This document shows, piece after piece, positions 13,580-27,337 of a stretch of 64,000 nt of DNA. This DNA is from Mobula hypostoma (lineage: Eukaryota). Below the pieces are notes generated by a model. The model saw only the letters and a list, made by a program, of their open reading frames with translations, was not told the DNA's origin and did not search any database. Numbering within the stretch: position 1 is the first letter of the stretch; each line of letters opens with the position of its first letter. The DNA lies in NCBI RefSeq assembly GCF_963921235.1, contig NC_086109.1, positions 37,698,001 through 37,762,000 on the forward strand, given 5' to 3'. Made by a program: the position numbers and the translations under genes.

Positions 13580-14929
13580 AATCTTTGTTTTGATTCCAAC
13601 ACGCTCAGGTTAAGGGACATGAGACTCTTCACAGAATAAACTCATCTGATCTTGGTTGGACTTTTCACTAAATTAGAGAAAGTACCAAATAATAAATGGA
13701 AGAAGTGTCAAAAAAATGTCCAAAAACAGGATATGATGATGCTTTGAAAGCAGGGCCGTAATGGTATGGAACATCTGTCTTGCTAAGGACTCCTTACATT
13801 GAAGCACAATCATACAGAGTAAATACAGAAAACATAAGGAGACACAAAGAGATGACAAAAGATAGAACATCATAGCATAATACAGGCCTTTCAGTCCCCC
13901 GATGTTGTGCCAAACCTTTAACCTACTAAATTAAGCATGTCTGTTTTATTCAACTCACCAACAATGTGCATGATCTTATGCATCATATAGATATCTGTTA
14001 TATGTAAACATATGCTATAATATTTGAGAAGAGGCCTCTTCAGAATTATGCTTTGATAATTGAATTCTGTGTTACTAAATAAACAAAACTAGTATGTGAG
14101 GTAGGTGACAAGATGCAGAATGTGACATAGGATTGGAAGGAGGAGTTCAAGTTCATAGTAGTATTTGTAAGTAAGTACCATGATTGTTAATTCAGTGCCC
14201 TACAAGATGGGAAGCCAGCAGAGGTCAGCAAAGATGGGCATTACACAAGAGTTGCTGATTGATCAGTTCATACTTAATGTTTACACTCTGTTCGAGCAAA
14301 TAGTTCTAATCGCTTTTATCCCCCACCCTGTTCGCATATTCCGTCAACCACTGTTCCTTCATTAGTCTGTTTAATCTAATCTTGAATGTTTGACATAGTT
14401 CCTGCTAAACCACTAACCATCGAGATGAATAGCAGAGGACTTGTAATTGAGGAAAAAGATTTTGACGCACAACAGATTCTTGCACGCAACAAATTTCAAA
14501 GAATTTTAAATATCTGCAGAGGGGAGCCCAGGAGACAGGAAGAAAGCAATACTGCAGAAACAAAACATACAGTTGTATTGATTGATTGATAGAATAAAAG
14601 ATTCACCTCCAAGTTTTGAGTCACATAATCTATTCTGTGTTGGATTGCATAGTCTATTTTGACTGGAATAAGTTAAATCAGAGGAAGTTGAATCAGAGGC
14701 AAAAGTGCTGGGATACTTGTGATAGCTGAACGGACTAGTTGTTGTTCTCTTGATGGCGACCAAAGCACCCTCAGTTCACATTTATAATGTCAGGTAGAAG
14801 GTCAACACTACGGTGTCCTAATAAAGTGTTCTTAATAATTTAGTAGAGGAGATTCTAGGCTGAGCAGCACCAATAGGTAGAGAAGCAATTATAGGCTGAT
14901 ATCTTACATCAGGACTGAGTGGACTGAGT

Positions 14930-15245
14930 GGAGAGAGGAAGGAGAGGAGAGGAGTTGGGAGATAGAGGAGCTTCCCAACTCCACTCCTCACCTTCTGCTA
15001 CGTAGTTCCATCTGTCTGTCATCCTTAACCCTTCCTTGGCCCACCAATTACCGATTGGCTCCTACCTCATCCCTCCTCCTGCCCTCTTCATGCTGATGTC
15101 ATCCTCCTGCGTTCCTTCCTAATGCAGGGTCTTCACCTGAAAATCAGCATTTTCTCTCCAATCCTCCTCCTCCTCCCCCCCCCCCCCACAACCATCTCCA
15201 AGGCTGTTTGAACCAATGAACTCCTCCAGTAGACTGTATGTTATT
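14930..15245 (+). mobile_element. Old Penelope-like pLTR remnant, apparently inserted in a DeuSINE remnant
   Basis: Pyrimidine-rich block, then ttcctaatgcagggtcttcacctgaaa (decayed hammerhead) and gaactcctccag; flanked by Deu-like taggctgata...actgag and tatttatccctcaac. Confidence 0.45.
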
Positions 15246-16109
15246 CAATGAGATCTGTTTTCCACCCTCAGGTGGATAAAATAAAGACTTCAAGACAATA
15301 TTTTGAAAATGATTTGAGGAGTTGTATTCATACCACTATTTATCCCTCAACAGCTTGGCCAATCTGTTCCTGAGGAATGCTCCTGTGATGCTTGGGTCTG
15401 CTGGCAGTTATTGACTTCCAGTCAAGATGGCACCTGTGTACGGCACTTCTTCAGTTGACATCCTCTGGACAGATCATGAAAACATGTATTTCACTTAATT
15501 TATTTCCTTTACATTTGTTTTCCGTATTGAATGTGATTCTGGAACTGTTGGAGCCTGTGATTTATAGTTTGGGTGGTTCAGTGCTCTGCATTCTCCAAGG
15601 GGATTCCAGGAGGCAGAGGCAGCAACCTTGTGGTGAGAAGGTTGCAAGCCAATGTTCGACTCCATTTCACCAATTAAAGCTTCCATTGTTCGCCGATTAA
15701 AGCATCAAGGGAGATTGAAATGCTGGCTGCCGGCCTTTTTTATCGCTGGGGGATCACTCTGCTGTTAGAGAGGGGAGACTGTCTTTTTAATCTCTGGTGA
15801 GATGGCCCTTCTACAGAAAGGAAGAATGTTGCCCAAGTTTTCTGTGTTCTGGATGTGGACTTGGACTGTGGATATGATGTACTTTACTTCAAGAAGTTCC
15901 ACTGTGTGTGCAATCAATACTATTGTGAAAATTGCCACTGGAAAAACCAATAATGGTAGATATGCAGAGGCGAGTGATGAATACTGCTGCCAGATAATTC
16001 TGGCAGTTATCTAGTTGCATAGTTGCAAAGTGCATCTAGTTACACTCTGTAGGAACTCGTTGTGTGAAGAGTGACTTCCATTTTTCCTATGTGGTGGCAT
16101 AAAAACGTA

Positions 16110-16620
16110 CACTTAGTAGCTACTTTATTAGGTACAGGAGTGGAACCAGGTATGGTCTTCGACTGCTGTAGATGATTCACATCAAAGTTCAACATGTTGT
16201 GCTTTCAGAGACGGTCTTCTGTAACATGTGGTAGTATGAGTTACTGAATCTTTCCTGCCAGTTTGAACCAGTCTGCCAGACTCCTCTGATACCTATCACT
16301 AACAATGCATTTTTGCCCACAGAACTGGAGCTTGCTGTATTGTTTTTCTTTCATTTTTCTCAGCATTCTCTATAAACTCTAGAGAATGTTCTGTGTGAAA
16401 ATCCCAGGAGCTTGGCAGTTTCTGAGCTACCCAAACTGGCACCAACAAACATTCCACTGTTAAAGTCACTTAGATCAAATTTCTTCCACATCATGATACT
16501 AGGTCTGAACAACAAGTGAACCTCTTGACCATGTCTGCATGCTTTGAGTTGCTGCCACGATTGGCTGATTAGATATTTGCATTAATGGGCAGGTGTACCT
16601 AATAAAGTGGCCACTAAGTG
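16110..16620. mobile_element. Non-autonomous Tc1/mariner element (MITE), 511 bp
   Basis: TIRs cacttagtagctactttattaggtaca / tgtacctaataaagtggccactaagtg, with TA on both sides (16108-16109, 16621-16622). Confidence 0.88.
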
Positions 16621-17477
16621 TAAGGACATAAAGAAGAGGAGGATGCCATTCACCCTTATGACTGCTCCACCATTTAATAATTTTGGGGCCACTTCCTGAA
16701 CTAATACCCCTGATAGGCCTAGTGATCTCCAGAATTGAGGGCATCTGAAACATTCCCTTTTTGTTGTTCGTGCTTTTGCTTGGATAGAGAAAGCAGAAAG
16801 CAGAAAGCAGAAAATTGATATATTTGTGAACTGGACAAATTTTAGGCTCCCTCTTTGAATGACAAACATTCTTTAATTAATAATTATTCTCTGCATTTTA
16901 ATTATTTAATAACAGACCAATTTTACAAAGATAATGTTCGAATGTAAATTAGCAATGTGATTCATAGATATCTTCTTTCCAGAAAAATGTCTTGACATAA
17001 AAAAGTAGAAAGTCAAAGGAACATACAAAATAGATTTGAATGCAATTACCATTCTCGCAGTGAAAAAATTAAGTAAGGCTCTCTTCCCATTTTCAGCGTT
17101 TTGGTAAAGAGGAGAAAAACTGATGCTTGTCAGCTTGCATTTGATCTAATAATTAGACCTGACTGGCCAAATCATTTGAACGATGCTTGTCAAGATCAAA
17201 GGCAAATTGAGCGTGGTTTATAAGTGTTAGCACAGTCAAAGGCATTCACAGTTTTTCCCATGCCTGAAGCTGTGCATGCAGAGGTATTTGATATAATAAA
17301 AATAGCATTGCTGTGTTGTTTATCATCACATTGAAATTTTTAATAAAACAATTTAAAAACCATTTGCCAACATTGATCTCACTTCAGAAGTAACTCATTT
17401 CCTGTGAAATTCTTTGGGATGTCATGAATGGGACTTGAAAGATATTTTTAAAAAACGGCATTTTTCTTTATTACTGT

Positions 17478-20400
17478 AAAAGGGTATAGGGCTTTCACAT
17501 ATGATCGAGAGGGTCACAGGAGTGGAGGGGGAGTTGCACTACTGATAAGTGAGAGGGCAGTACTTAAAGAGGATTTTCTGGAGAATGTGTGGATCGAGCT
17601 TAAGAACAAAAGCGGGTCTATCACTTTGCTGTGCAATATTATTGATGGGAATCAAGAAAACGATAATGTAAGCAAATTACAGAAAGCTTTAAATGCAACA
17701 GTGTTTTTGTAGTGGTGGTTTGAACTGCCTTAATATTGATTGGGATTGCCTAAGTTCAAGGGGAAGAATTTGTGAAATGCTTCCAAGAGATTTATCTCTG
17801 AGCCCTACTAAAGTCAGAGCTCCTTTTAATCATAATCTCAGGAAATGAAACTGGGCAGGTGGTGGAAGTGTCAGTGGGGAGCACATTGGGAACAATTACC
17901 ATAATTATGTAAGTTTCTAAGTAGTTTATGTAGACGGATAAGGTTAGTCCTCAGGTTAAGTTCTTGAGTTCAGAGAATGCTGATTTCAATAGGGAGATGG
18001 GGACCCGATGCTTGCGAGTAAAATGACAGGTAACAGGTAGAAGTCTTTAAAAAAAAAGTTAGTAAGTGTTTGTGATCAGCATATTCTGGTAAGGATTGAA
18101 AAAAAAGATGGCAAGATTAGGGAACCTTGCTTTACAAAGGATATTGAAGGTTTGTTCGAAAAATGTAAGCACATGTAGGAAGTCTCTTGAGGAGTACAGA
18201 TTATGTAAGAGAGAAGAAAAAAAACTAGGAAGGGACAAAAGGACCTTGAAATATCTTTGGCAGGTAAGATTAAGGTAAATCCTAAGACTTTCTTTAAGTT
18301 TATCAGAATCAGAAGAGTAGCCAAGGAAAGAGAAGATCCAATGAGTGAAGCTGGGGATGTGAGTGAAGTCATGAATCAGTATTTCTCACAAGGAGAAGTA
18401 TGTGAAAGATAATGACTTCAGGGCAGGATATGTGGATAATTTAGAACAGGTCAGTATTAAGAAAGAGAAGGTGTTATATATCATGGAAAACACTGATCAA
18501 TCTCTAGGACTGGATGAGATTTATCGCAGTTTGAAATGTGAAGCAAAGAAGGAGATAGTTGGGGTACTGACAGAGATATTTTTGTGTCAGAGATTTTTTT
18601 GCCACAAATGAAGCACTACAAGACTGCAGGATATAACTTTGCTATTTATTTTCCAACAAAGCAGGAATCAGCCCTGTAACAATAGAGTGGTGAGCCTTAC
18701 ATTGTTGGTAGGGAATTTACTGGGAAAAAAATTTAAGGGATAAGATTTATGTAGAGAATATTTGGAAAGACAGGAGCTGTTCAGGGATAGTCAGCTTGGC
18801 TTTATGTGGGAGGAGTTCTATCCCATTAATTTGATTGAATTGTTTGAGGAGGTAACGAAGAAGTTTGGTGACGGCAGGGCTGTAGATGTTTGCATGGACT
18901 GAAGCAAGGCATTTGACAAGGCACAACATGGTAGGCTGGTCTAAAAGGGAATCTAAGGAGAAATTGCTAACTGGACCATACTTGGCTTGGTGATAGGAAG
19001 CAGAGGGCAGTGATGGATAGATGCCTTTCTGATTAGAAGACTTTTAGTAATGATGTACTGTAGGATCCCTTGTTGATTATGAAATACCATAACAATTTGT
19101 ATGTAATAAGTTTGTAGATGTTACAAAAGCTGGTGAGATGAATCGCAAGGAAGGTTTCATAATTCCATGAAGGTGGCAGCAAATGTAGAGGATGATGAAA
19201 AAGGTATATGGCATGCTTCCTTTCATAGGATGACACACAGAATATAGAAGTTGAGATACTATGTTGCAACTTTCTAAAATACTGGTTAGTCCACATTTGA
19301 AGCATTGCATGTGGTTCTGGCATGCTGGTTGCCATGCTCTAAGAAGTATGTGGTTATGCTGGAAAGATTGCAAAGAAAATTCAGCGGAATGTTTCCTGTA
19401 TTGGAGGTCTTCAGTTCTAGGAAGAGACTGAATAACCTAGGCTTGTTTTCATTGCAGTGAAGAAGGCTTATAGCTGACTAGATAGAGGTATACGGGTTGA
19501 ACACATCTTATCCGAAATTCCAAAATCTGAAAACCTCTGAAACCTGAAATTTTTTATCTCTGACATGACATCACAAATGGAAAATTAAACAAGGCACTGG
19601 AAAGGTTTTCACGTGATGGGCAGATTGGCATAGCACAGACTGTTCTGAGAAGTGATCTCATATATGTAACGTACAGAAGTTAATGCAAAATAGAAAAACA
19701 TTGCATAAAGCAAAAAAATAAGATCTCTAAAGTGTATTGAAGGAGTGTATTTGTCAGCTTCAGAGTGAATGTATGCCACTTTATGGTACGCAGATCATGA
19801 AACAAGCAAAAATATATCACAACAAACTGAAAATTGAAGGTAACTGCGAATATTCAACAGGTTGGTTGCAGAACTAAAGCCATGGCATTAACTTTCTAAA
19901 GATTTGCAGTGATAAAGCATCTGCTGATCACAGAGCAGCAGAGAAATTAATTGATGTTTGCAAGATCATTGCAGATGAAAATCTAGATGCTGAACGGTTG
20001 CATGAGTACAGATGTGTGATGGACAAATGTAAGACAAAGGCTGCTTATTGGTAACACATAAATTCAGAGTTGGAAATTATGGAGTGTCAAACAGTCACTG
20101 CATTGGTGGCCGAGGCAGTAATAGCTATTAAAAATGTTCTATAAAACTACCTTCAAGGTATATGTACAATATAAGCTGTATATAAAATCTTCATGGATTT
20201 TGTGTTAAGACTTGGGTTCCATCCCCCAAGATATCTAATTATAGAGATGCAAATATTCCAAAATCTGAAACACTTCTGGATCCAAGCATTTTGTTAAGGG
20301 CTGTTTAACCTGTATACAATTATAAGAAACATAGATAGGCTAGAATCTTTATCCCATGGTGGGGAAATCACAAACTAGAGGCCTAGCTTTAAGGTGATTG

Positions 20401-20560
20401 GCAGGATGGGATTTGAGGGAAAGTCTTTATTCGGAGAATGTATGATATCTGGAACGTGTTGCCGGAAGAGTTGACAGAATCAAGTACAATTAACATTTTT
20501 AACAGGCATTTAGACAGGCCTTTGAATAGACAATGCATTTTCATGGATAAATCTTCATGT
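17478..20560 (+). mobile_element. Old decayed CR1-type LINE (EN to 3' end), interrupted by a Tigger-like transposon
   Basis: Decayed CR1 motifs: ggagggggagttgcactactgataag (GGGVALLI), gcaaggcatttgacaagg (KAFDK), ggttagtccacatttgaagcattg (VRPHLEYC-like), aggaagagactg...ggcttgttttcattg. Confidence 0.75.
19493..20312 (+). mobile_element. Pogo-family Tigger4/Zombi (MER46)-like internally deleted DNA transposon
   Basis: TA on both sides; TIRs cgggttgaacacatcttatccgaaat / attttgttaagggctgtttaacctg; subterminal (t)ccaaaatctgaaa repeats; CENP-B-type HTH remnant IMKQAKIYHNKLKIEGNCEYSTGWLQ...LKICSDKASADHRAAEK. Confidence 0.85.
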
Positions 20561-22650
20561 GAGAAAAAGAATAGGTTTGGATTTTATTAACATTAGCAGT
20601 AGCTATTAATTGCAGGTATGACTAATAACTTAATAATGTTATCCTTTCTCTCTCTGTATGAATTACAGAGTATATGTAAAATAATTATAATCAAAAACTT
20701 CTTGAAATTACTAAATGTGCAAAACTCTACTACCTTCTGTTTAACTATAATTAAGAATCTCATAGAGATCAATTGATTCTGTAGTTGCCTATCTGAGTAT
20801 TCAATATAATTATTTTCCAAAATCTATCAATGAAAGGCTCACATCTTATAAAGCAATTAATCGATACTGTAAGGTTTTTTCCCCAAGTGAGCTTACTTCA
20901 AATATCTATGATAATGTGTGAAAGTGTTTCTTTTTTTCACATTTGTGGTTTTTCAGCTTTACTATCTTTAAATTCTTTATTCAAAGTTCATCCTAAATAA
21001 ACATTACTTGCACCTTTCACTATCGTGTAGATTTGGATTACAACTCCTCACAGTCTTCTCCAAAGAAAGCAATATTGTAAGCATCTATTTTCTTTGAAGA
21101 AAAGATGTTCAAAATACACACAACGTTCTAATCGAAAATGTTTGACACACATACCAGATTTCAATAAGCCCCAACGTTAATAGTACTTACTTGCTTCATT
21201 CACTAATGTATGCTACAGTAAACCTTCTACAAAAGAATTCTGTCTATTTCTTAGCCTGTCAAACAGTCTAGATACCTTTGAATGCTATTAGTAAATCTAC
21301 GTAACTTGCTAGAATTAAAAAATGTAATAGTACTGTTATCAAAAATGTAATATGCAGTGACAACCATTTCTGCACATTTAATAAAGCTAAGCATCCCTAT
21401 TATATCAAACAAATATAGTTAACCAGTTCATCTTGTAGATGAAATGACACATGACCAAAGCACAGTCAAAGACATAAGGACTAGTTTTAAAAAAGGCAAC
21501 ATAAATTGAAATGTAAAAAAGAAAACAGAAACGCAGAGATGATAAGAGATACAACTCCAGGGTGTCACACTTTGGCATCTGAAGGAATGGCGGCAAATGA
21601 TGGATCAATCAAAGTACAACGTTATTTGTATCTTGCAGTGTGCAGGGTTGGAGGAAATTATAGAGAAAGAAGAGATGAAATTATGAAGGGATTTGGAAAT
21701 AATGCCGATAGGTTTATAATTAACTGGACTCTGTGCATTGTAGATTTACAAACAAAAAAGAGAGATGAATTGAACTAGCTATGGTTTAGAATGAAAGTTA
21801 TAGAGTTTTGCATGACCGCAAGTTTACCTAGATTTGTATGAAGGAAACTGGCCAGGATTATAATTTATATACTATTTGTAAACCATGTTATTCGCAGATA
21901 ATGCAGAGCACAGGGAACAAAATCTATTTGGTTACTTTGGATTTTGCTTTTAGGCAGTTCCACTGTCATCACCTTCTGCTGGCTATTATAAAGACAAATC
22001 GGGCAGCTGAGTTTCATTACCCCCATGAACATCAAATATCTTTCACAAGTGAATATTCATGAAGAGACTTCAGGAAATCCAAATGCGAAATAACATCCTT
22101 TGGATAGGTTCAAATTATCTACTCAAGCATTTTTAGTAAGATTAAAGAATGATTCACTGCTTCTAAAATTACTGATGCTACTTACAAGCTTCAAGCTCTT
22201 TAAATACCAAACATGATATTTTAAATATGCCTATGTATAGCTCTTGTGTAAAGATCCAGTTAAATGTTAAAGTTAAATATAGTTTAAAAAATGAAAAGGT
22301 TCCGATATTCTTACTTAAATTTTTGGACAACTTATGCATCTTTGTTTGAATGGCCAGCCCTGAATTGTATTAGACAACACTGGTCATTACTAAGGTCTTT
22401 ACATGGACTCTACATTATTATTCACTCAGTGATGTAGAAGTGTAAGTCCAGGAGTATTGCCAGTACCAAAAATATATTAAAATAGCTTCTTGTTTCTTCT
22501 GCTTCCATTTTAATAATTGAGAGGAACAGCCACACTTATTTGGGTCTAATTTGTACTGAATTTATGAAGATTCTCTAATGTTTGAAAACCAAAAAAATAC
22601 TTTCCACTAGATATTTTCGAAATTCAAAGGGTTAGCTAACTAGCAAAATC

Positions 22651-24098
22651 ACTCATCTTCTGAATCAGAGATGAAATGAAAAGTGACTGTTCTTGACATC
22701 CAGGCTGCACTTGACTAATCTTTGCCCCAACAATTCGTTAACTATAATCAGGGTGAATAGGCAACATGCACTAGAAGTAGACCAGGATCAAAGAAAGATG
22801 ATTGGAGAAAATCATCTCAGCCCAGGACTACGGTAGAAGTCATGATGGTAATGTCCTTGGCCTGACCATCACTGTTTCCTCACCATAGAGCTTCCCTCTT
22901 TTTTAAGTACTGTGTGTGGATTTTTGCCGATAAGTAGATGGTATTCAGTTCCTTTGACAACTCTTATGTAACAGTCTACGTTTATTTGCACTGAAACGTG
23001 GATAATCAGCCAGTTTGATCCCACGACTGGCAAAAACCAAATGTAGGTAGGCAAAGTTAACCCTTTCCTCTTCACTTACACTGACGTTGCCTTTGTTGAA
23101 ACCACCTTCAACATCATCCTGGTCTACATTCAACAGACATCTAATTGGATCAAACACCTTAATGTTGTACAACAAGAGTTAGATAGGGGCTCTGTATTCC
23201 ACAGTGAGTGATACTTCTTCATAATTATCAATAATAAATTAGAAATACGAAGAAATTTCCTGCATTTTCAAATAACACTCAGAATTTTAACAGCTCAATG
23301 GCTGAAACTTTCTCTTTGACTTTACTAACCAGCTTTAATATTTGATCTCACTCATGTTGTCACAATGCTTATAGATTACAAGACAGACCGCAGTAACTTG
23401 CCATTTTTTTTCTCTGACAGGACCCCAAACCACCAGCATTTTCCATCCAGAAATTCAAGGCTAGCAGGAAAATATGAAAACCACTTTTTTCCAAATCCCT
23501 CCTAATCTTGTCATTGGAAATCCCGGAACTGCCCGTCTAGCAGCACTGGGTGGTGGTGGTGGGGGGGGAGGGGTTATCACAAGGACTGGTTCAAAAAGGC
23601 AGCTTACCAACACTTCCTAAGGGGATTGTTTAGCATGGCAAATGCATTGTCAGGGACACCTATATCTCGTTGCAGAATAAATAAAATGAAATTCTATAAA
23701 ATTGGCAATTTTTCTATAAAATAACAACTGGATAACTAAAAGAGCTACTATATAATTCTAAATTAGTATGAACAATGTACTCTCTGGAAAAACCTCAGTT
23801 TTAACAATGCAAACTGCATGTTGCTTTTACAAGCTAAGAAACAAGATGTAGGAGTTTCACTAATGTTTAGCACTGATGTTTCAAACAGGAAGCTGTGAAA
23901 TCAAAAGGATAGACTACATGCTGGAGAATACACATACTTCTTTCTTCTCTACAACTTTATCACACAAACTTCCAGTTGAATGTCAGACTACATTTGTGAG
24001 AGTAGTCAAAGAAATCCTGTTGCTTATTTTTGATGACAGTCTGCTGTTTTTCTATTATTTGGCTGAACTTCTAACATTATTAACAACAAACTGAAAAA
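22651..24098 (+). repeat. Copy A of a local direct duplication (ancient CR1/L2-type LINE remnant plus unique flank)
   Basis: Colinear with 25665-31008 once insertions are removed; cttgacatccaggctgcacttgac (LDIxAAxD) and a CR1-like 3' end near 23580-23690. Confidence 0.85.
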
Positions 24099-24274
24099 AA
24101 CTAGTAAAATCACACAGGACAAAATTAAAGTTTGCAGGTGTCAATATCTCGGAATATCTATCATGAGCCCAACATATTGATGTAATTATAAAGAAATCAT
24201 TCCAGTGGCTATATTTCATTATGAGTTTGAGGACTTTTGGCATACCACCAAAAATTTCAGAAAAATTCTATAGA

Positions 24275-24552
24275 TTAAGGGCCCTCACCATCCAGGACAT
24301 TCACTCTTCTCATTGATACCATCAGGGGGGAGGTACAGGAGCCTGAAGACACACATTCAGTGTTTTAGGAACAACTTCTTCCCCTGTGCCATCAGATATC
24401 TGGACAGCCATGAACCCATGAACACTACCTCACTTTTTGCTCTCTTTTTGCACTACTAACCTATTTCTTTACATTACTTACTGTAAATAGTAATTCTTCA
24501 TGTTTTCCACTGTACTGCTGTCACAAAACAACAATAATAAATCTGATTCTGA
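24275..24552 (+). mobile_element. Rex1/Babar-like LINE 3' end
   Basis: IKGPHHPGHSLFSLIPSGGRYRSLKTH..FRNNFFP; tail ataataaatctgattctga. Confidence 0.8.
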
Positions 24553-25067
24553 AAATATCAATATATTATATTTATTCCACTCTATAACACGTATGCAAAT
24601 CATTCTTTCTCCAAAAACATCTTTAAGTCCAAATTAAAAGCTAACAATTGTAATGAAAGCAGAAAATAAAATAACACTAGAAATAAACATTTCAGACAGT
24701 TTGATCAGTGTGTTTTGTTAGCACTTCTGATCGTTCAAATGTGCTGATGTGATTTAGAATACAGGATACAGAGAGGATGTCATTTAAGTGATGATTTCTT
24801 GCATTGGTGCCAATTGAGTCTGTTTAAAACTTAAGTGTGAACTTTTACTACAAATAATGTTCAGCAAAATTCATTCAATAGTTACAGTACATGTTAGAAA
24901 GTGACAGGTCCTTCTCTTCGTGTTAAGCTGTAAGTTTGAAATTACTGTATATTTAACCCACTAGTGTTTTAATACTGTCATTACGAGCTTAATTTTAAGC
25001 TGGTCATTATAACTTAATCAAAGCAAACAAACTTTTATTTATAAAGAGTTGTTACAATGTTACGTAC

Positions 25068-25139
25068 AGTGTTTCTAAGCTGTGGAGTCCATCGAAACAA
25101 TTCGTCCCAAGCGACTGAATATTGTTGTTGTGCAGATGC
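25068..25139 (-). CDS. LGR6: Next internal coding exon (72 bp, one LRR) of the same LGR gene; equivalent to human exon 6
   Basis: Translates to HLHNNNIQSLGTNCFDGLHSLETL. Acceptor ctttcacag ends at 25140 and donor GTACGT starts at 25067; phase 2-2. Splices in frame with the upstream exon (VVL|HLHNN) across an 8552-bp intron. Confidence 0.9.
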
Positions 25140-26300
25140 CTGTGAAAGACATTGGTATTGCATTTAGGAAAAGATAATTCAGGTGATAAACTAAAATATA
25201 ACATTTTAAATATCACAACAATGTAAAGAAAGTAAATATGATATATTAAGAAATACAATACTGTGTATTGGTCAATCTGAAAAGATAGGGCTATTATCAG
25301 TAACTCTGTTTTAGTGAACATTAATTAGCTTTATCAATAGAGATAGCAGTCAGCTATTTGTAATACTAAACACAAACAACATTTTCAATTAATATATTCA
25401 TTCATTGTAAACCTTGGCTAGAATTTCCCATTGAACTGATGCCTATACCAACAAACACTGGAGAAGAGGAAGTTCTCGCTACGGAATTATTGCAGACACT
25501 TGGTGAAGAACAGTTCAGTTTAGCTGATGAAGGAATTAGGCTACAAATATTTGGACTTTAAATTAGATCTTCCCAGGCACAACATGCTTGGGATTTGTTT
25601 ATATTATAAAGGTGAGAGGTATCCTCAGCACCGGATCTCAGAACACCTGTTCTAAAGTGAAGAGCTGAACTCGAGAGAAGAAATGAAAAGTGACTGTTCT
25701 TGACATCCAGGCAGCATTTGACTAAGCTTTGCCCCAACAAATGCTGGTAAACTTGTTAACTATAATCAGGGTGAATAATCTACACACACTAGAAATAAAC
25801 CAAGGTCAACGTAAGATAATTGGAGAAAATCATTTCATTCCAGAACTACTGTAGAAGTCATGAGGACAATATCCTCCACCCAATCATCTCTTTTCCTCAA
25901 CATAGAGATTGCAGCCTTTATAAATATTGTGTGTGGAGATTTGCTAATAATTATGTAGTATTCAGTTCCTTTAACAACTCTGTTGTAACAGTCTGCATTT
26001 ATTTGCAGTGAAACCTGGATAATTAGCCAGTTTGAGCTAACGCCTGGTGATAACTATTTGGAGATAGGAAGAGTTAACCCTGTCCTTTTCACACTCAGTG
26101 ATAATGCTTTTGTTGAATCCACCTTCAACATCATCCCGGGTCTGCATTCACCAGACATCTAATTGGATCAACCACCTTAATGCTGGACAAAGGAGTTGGA
26201 GCAGGGATCTGCATTCTACAGTGAATGATGCTCCTTCGTAATTATCAATAAGGTCCAAATCAGAAATATGAAGACATTTTCTGCATTTGCCAATATCACT

Positions 26301-26793
26301 TGAGTATGGAAGTTGTCCTGTCCAAGACCGGAAGAGGCTGCAGAAGATGGTGAACATGGCGCAGCACATCACACAAACCAATCTTCCGTCCTTGGACTCA
26401 CTTTACACCGCACGCTGTCGGAGCAGTGCTGCCAGGATAATCAAGGACACGACCCACCCAGCCAACACACTTTTCGTCCCTCTTCCCTTCGGGAGAAGGC
26501 TTAGGAGCCTGAAGACTTGTACGGCCAGATTTGGGAACAGCTTCTTTCCAACTGTGATAAAACTGTTGAACGGATCCTAACCCGGAACTGGCCGTACCCT
26601 CCAAATATCCAGACCTGCTTCTTGGTTTTTTTGCACTACCTTACTTTCCCTTTTCTATTTATGATTTATAATTTAAATTTTTATTATATTTACTATCGAT
26701 TTGTACTCCAGGGAGCGCGAAGCGCAGAATCAAATATCGCTGTGATGACTGTACGCTCTAGTATCAATTGTTTGGCGACAATAAAGTAATAAA
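26301..26793 (+). mobile_element. Young 5'-truncated Rex1/Babar-like LINE 3' end
   Basis: Uninterrupted YGSCPVQDRKRLQKMVNMAQHI...PFGRRLRSLKTCTARFGNSFFPTVIKLLN; CpG-rich; tail acaataaagtaataaag; absent from copy A. Confidence 0.85.
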
Positions 26794-27337
26794 GAATTTT
26801 AAAAGCACAGTGGCCGAAATTTTCTCTTTGACTTGTATTAACCAGCTTAAATATATGATTCCACCATATTGAACAATCTCTATAGATTACAAGACAAACT
26901 GATGTAACTTGTCATTTTTTTCTCTGACAAAGCTCCATCCATCAATATTTTCCATCCAGAAAGTCAAGGCTAGCAGGAAAATATGAATTCCATTTTTCCC
27001 AATTTCCCACACTGCTGAGTCAGAATGCCCATCTAACAGCACTGGGCTGGTAGGGGTGCTGGGGGGGGGGGGCGGTGGGAAGGGAGGTGGTGTTGGGTGT
27101 TGGTGGTATGACAAAAGACTGGTCCAAAAAAGCAGCTTACCAACATACTTCCAAAGGGGATGGTTTAGGGTGGCAATAACTTTGCCAGGAAACCCTATTT
27201 CTCAATGCTTAACAAATAAGTTGAAATCATGTGAATTTGGCAACTTTTTTGCTAAAATAACTTATCTGGATAATCAAAAGAGCACCATATAATACCAAAT
27301 CAATATCTCTGAGAGAACACAAACTGCTCATTATTTT

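Noticed and set aside
15392..16014. Cluster of short ORFs in non-obvious sequence
   Set aside because: No recognisable domain, consistent frame or splice pattern.
1..25067. Downstream LGR exon (DLNYN...)
   Set aside because: No matching peptide with splice sites found by eye. A short exon could have been missed; tBLASTn would settle it.
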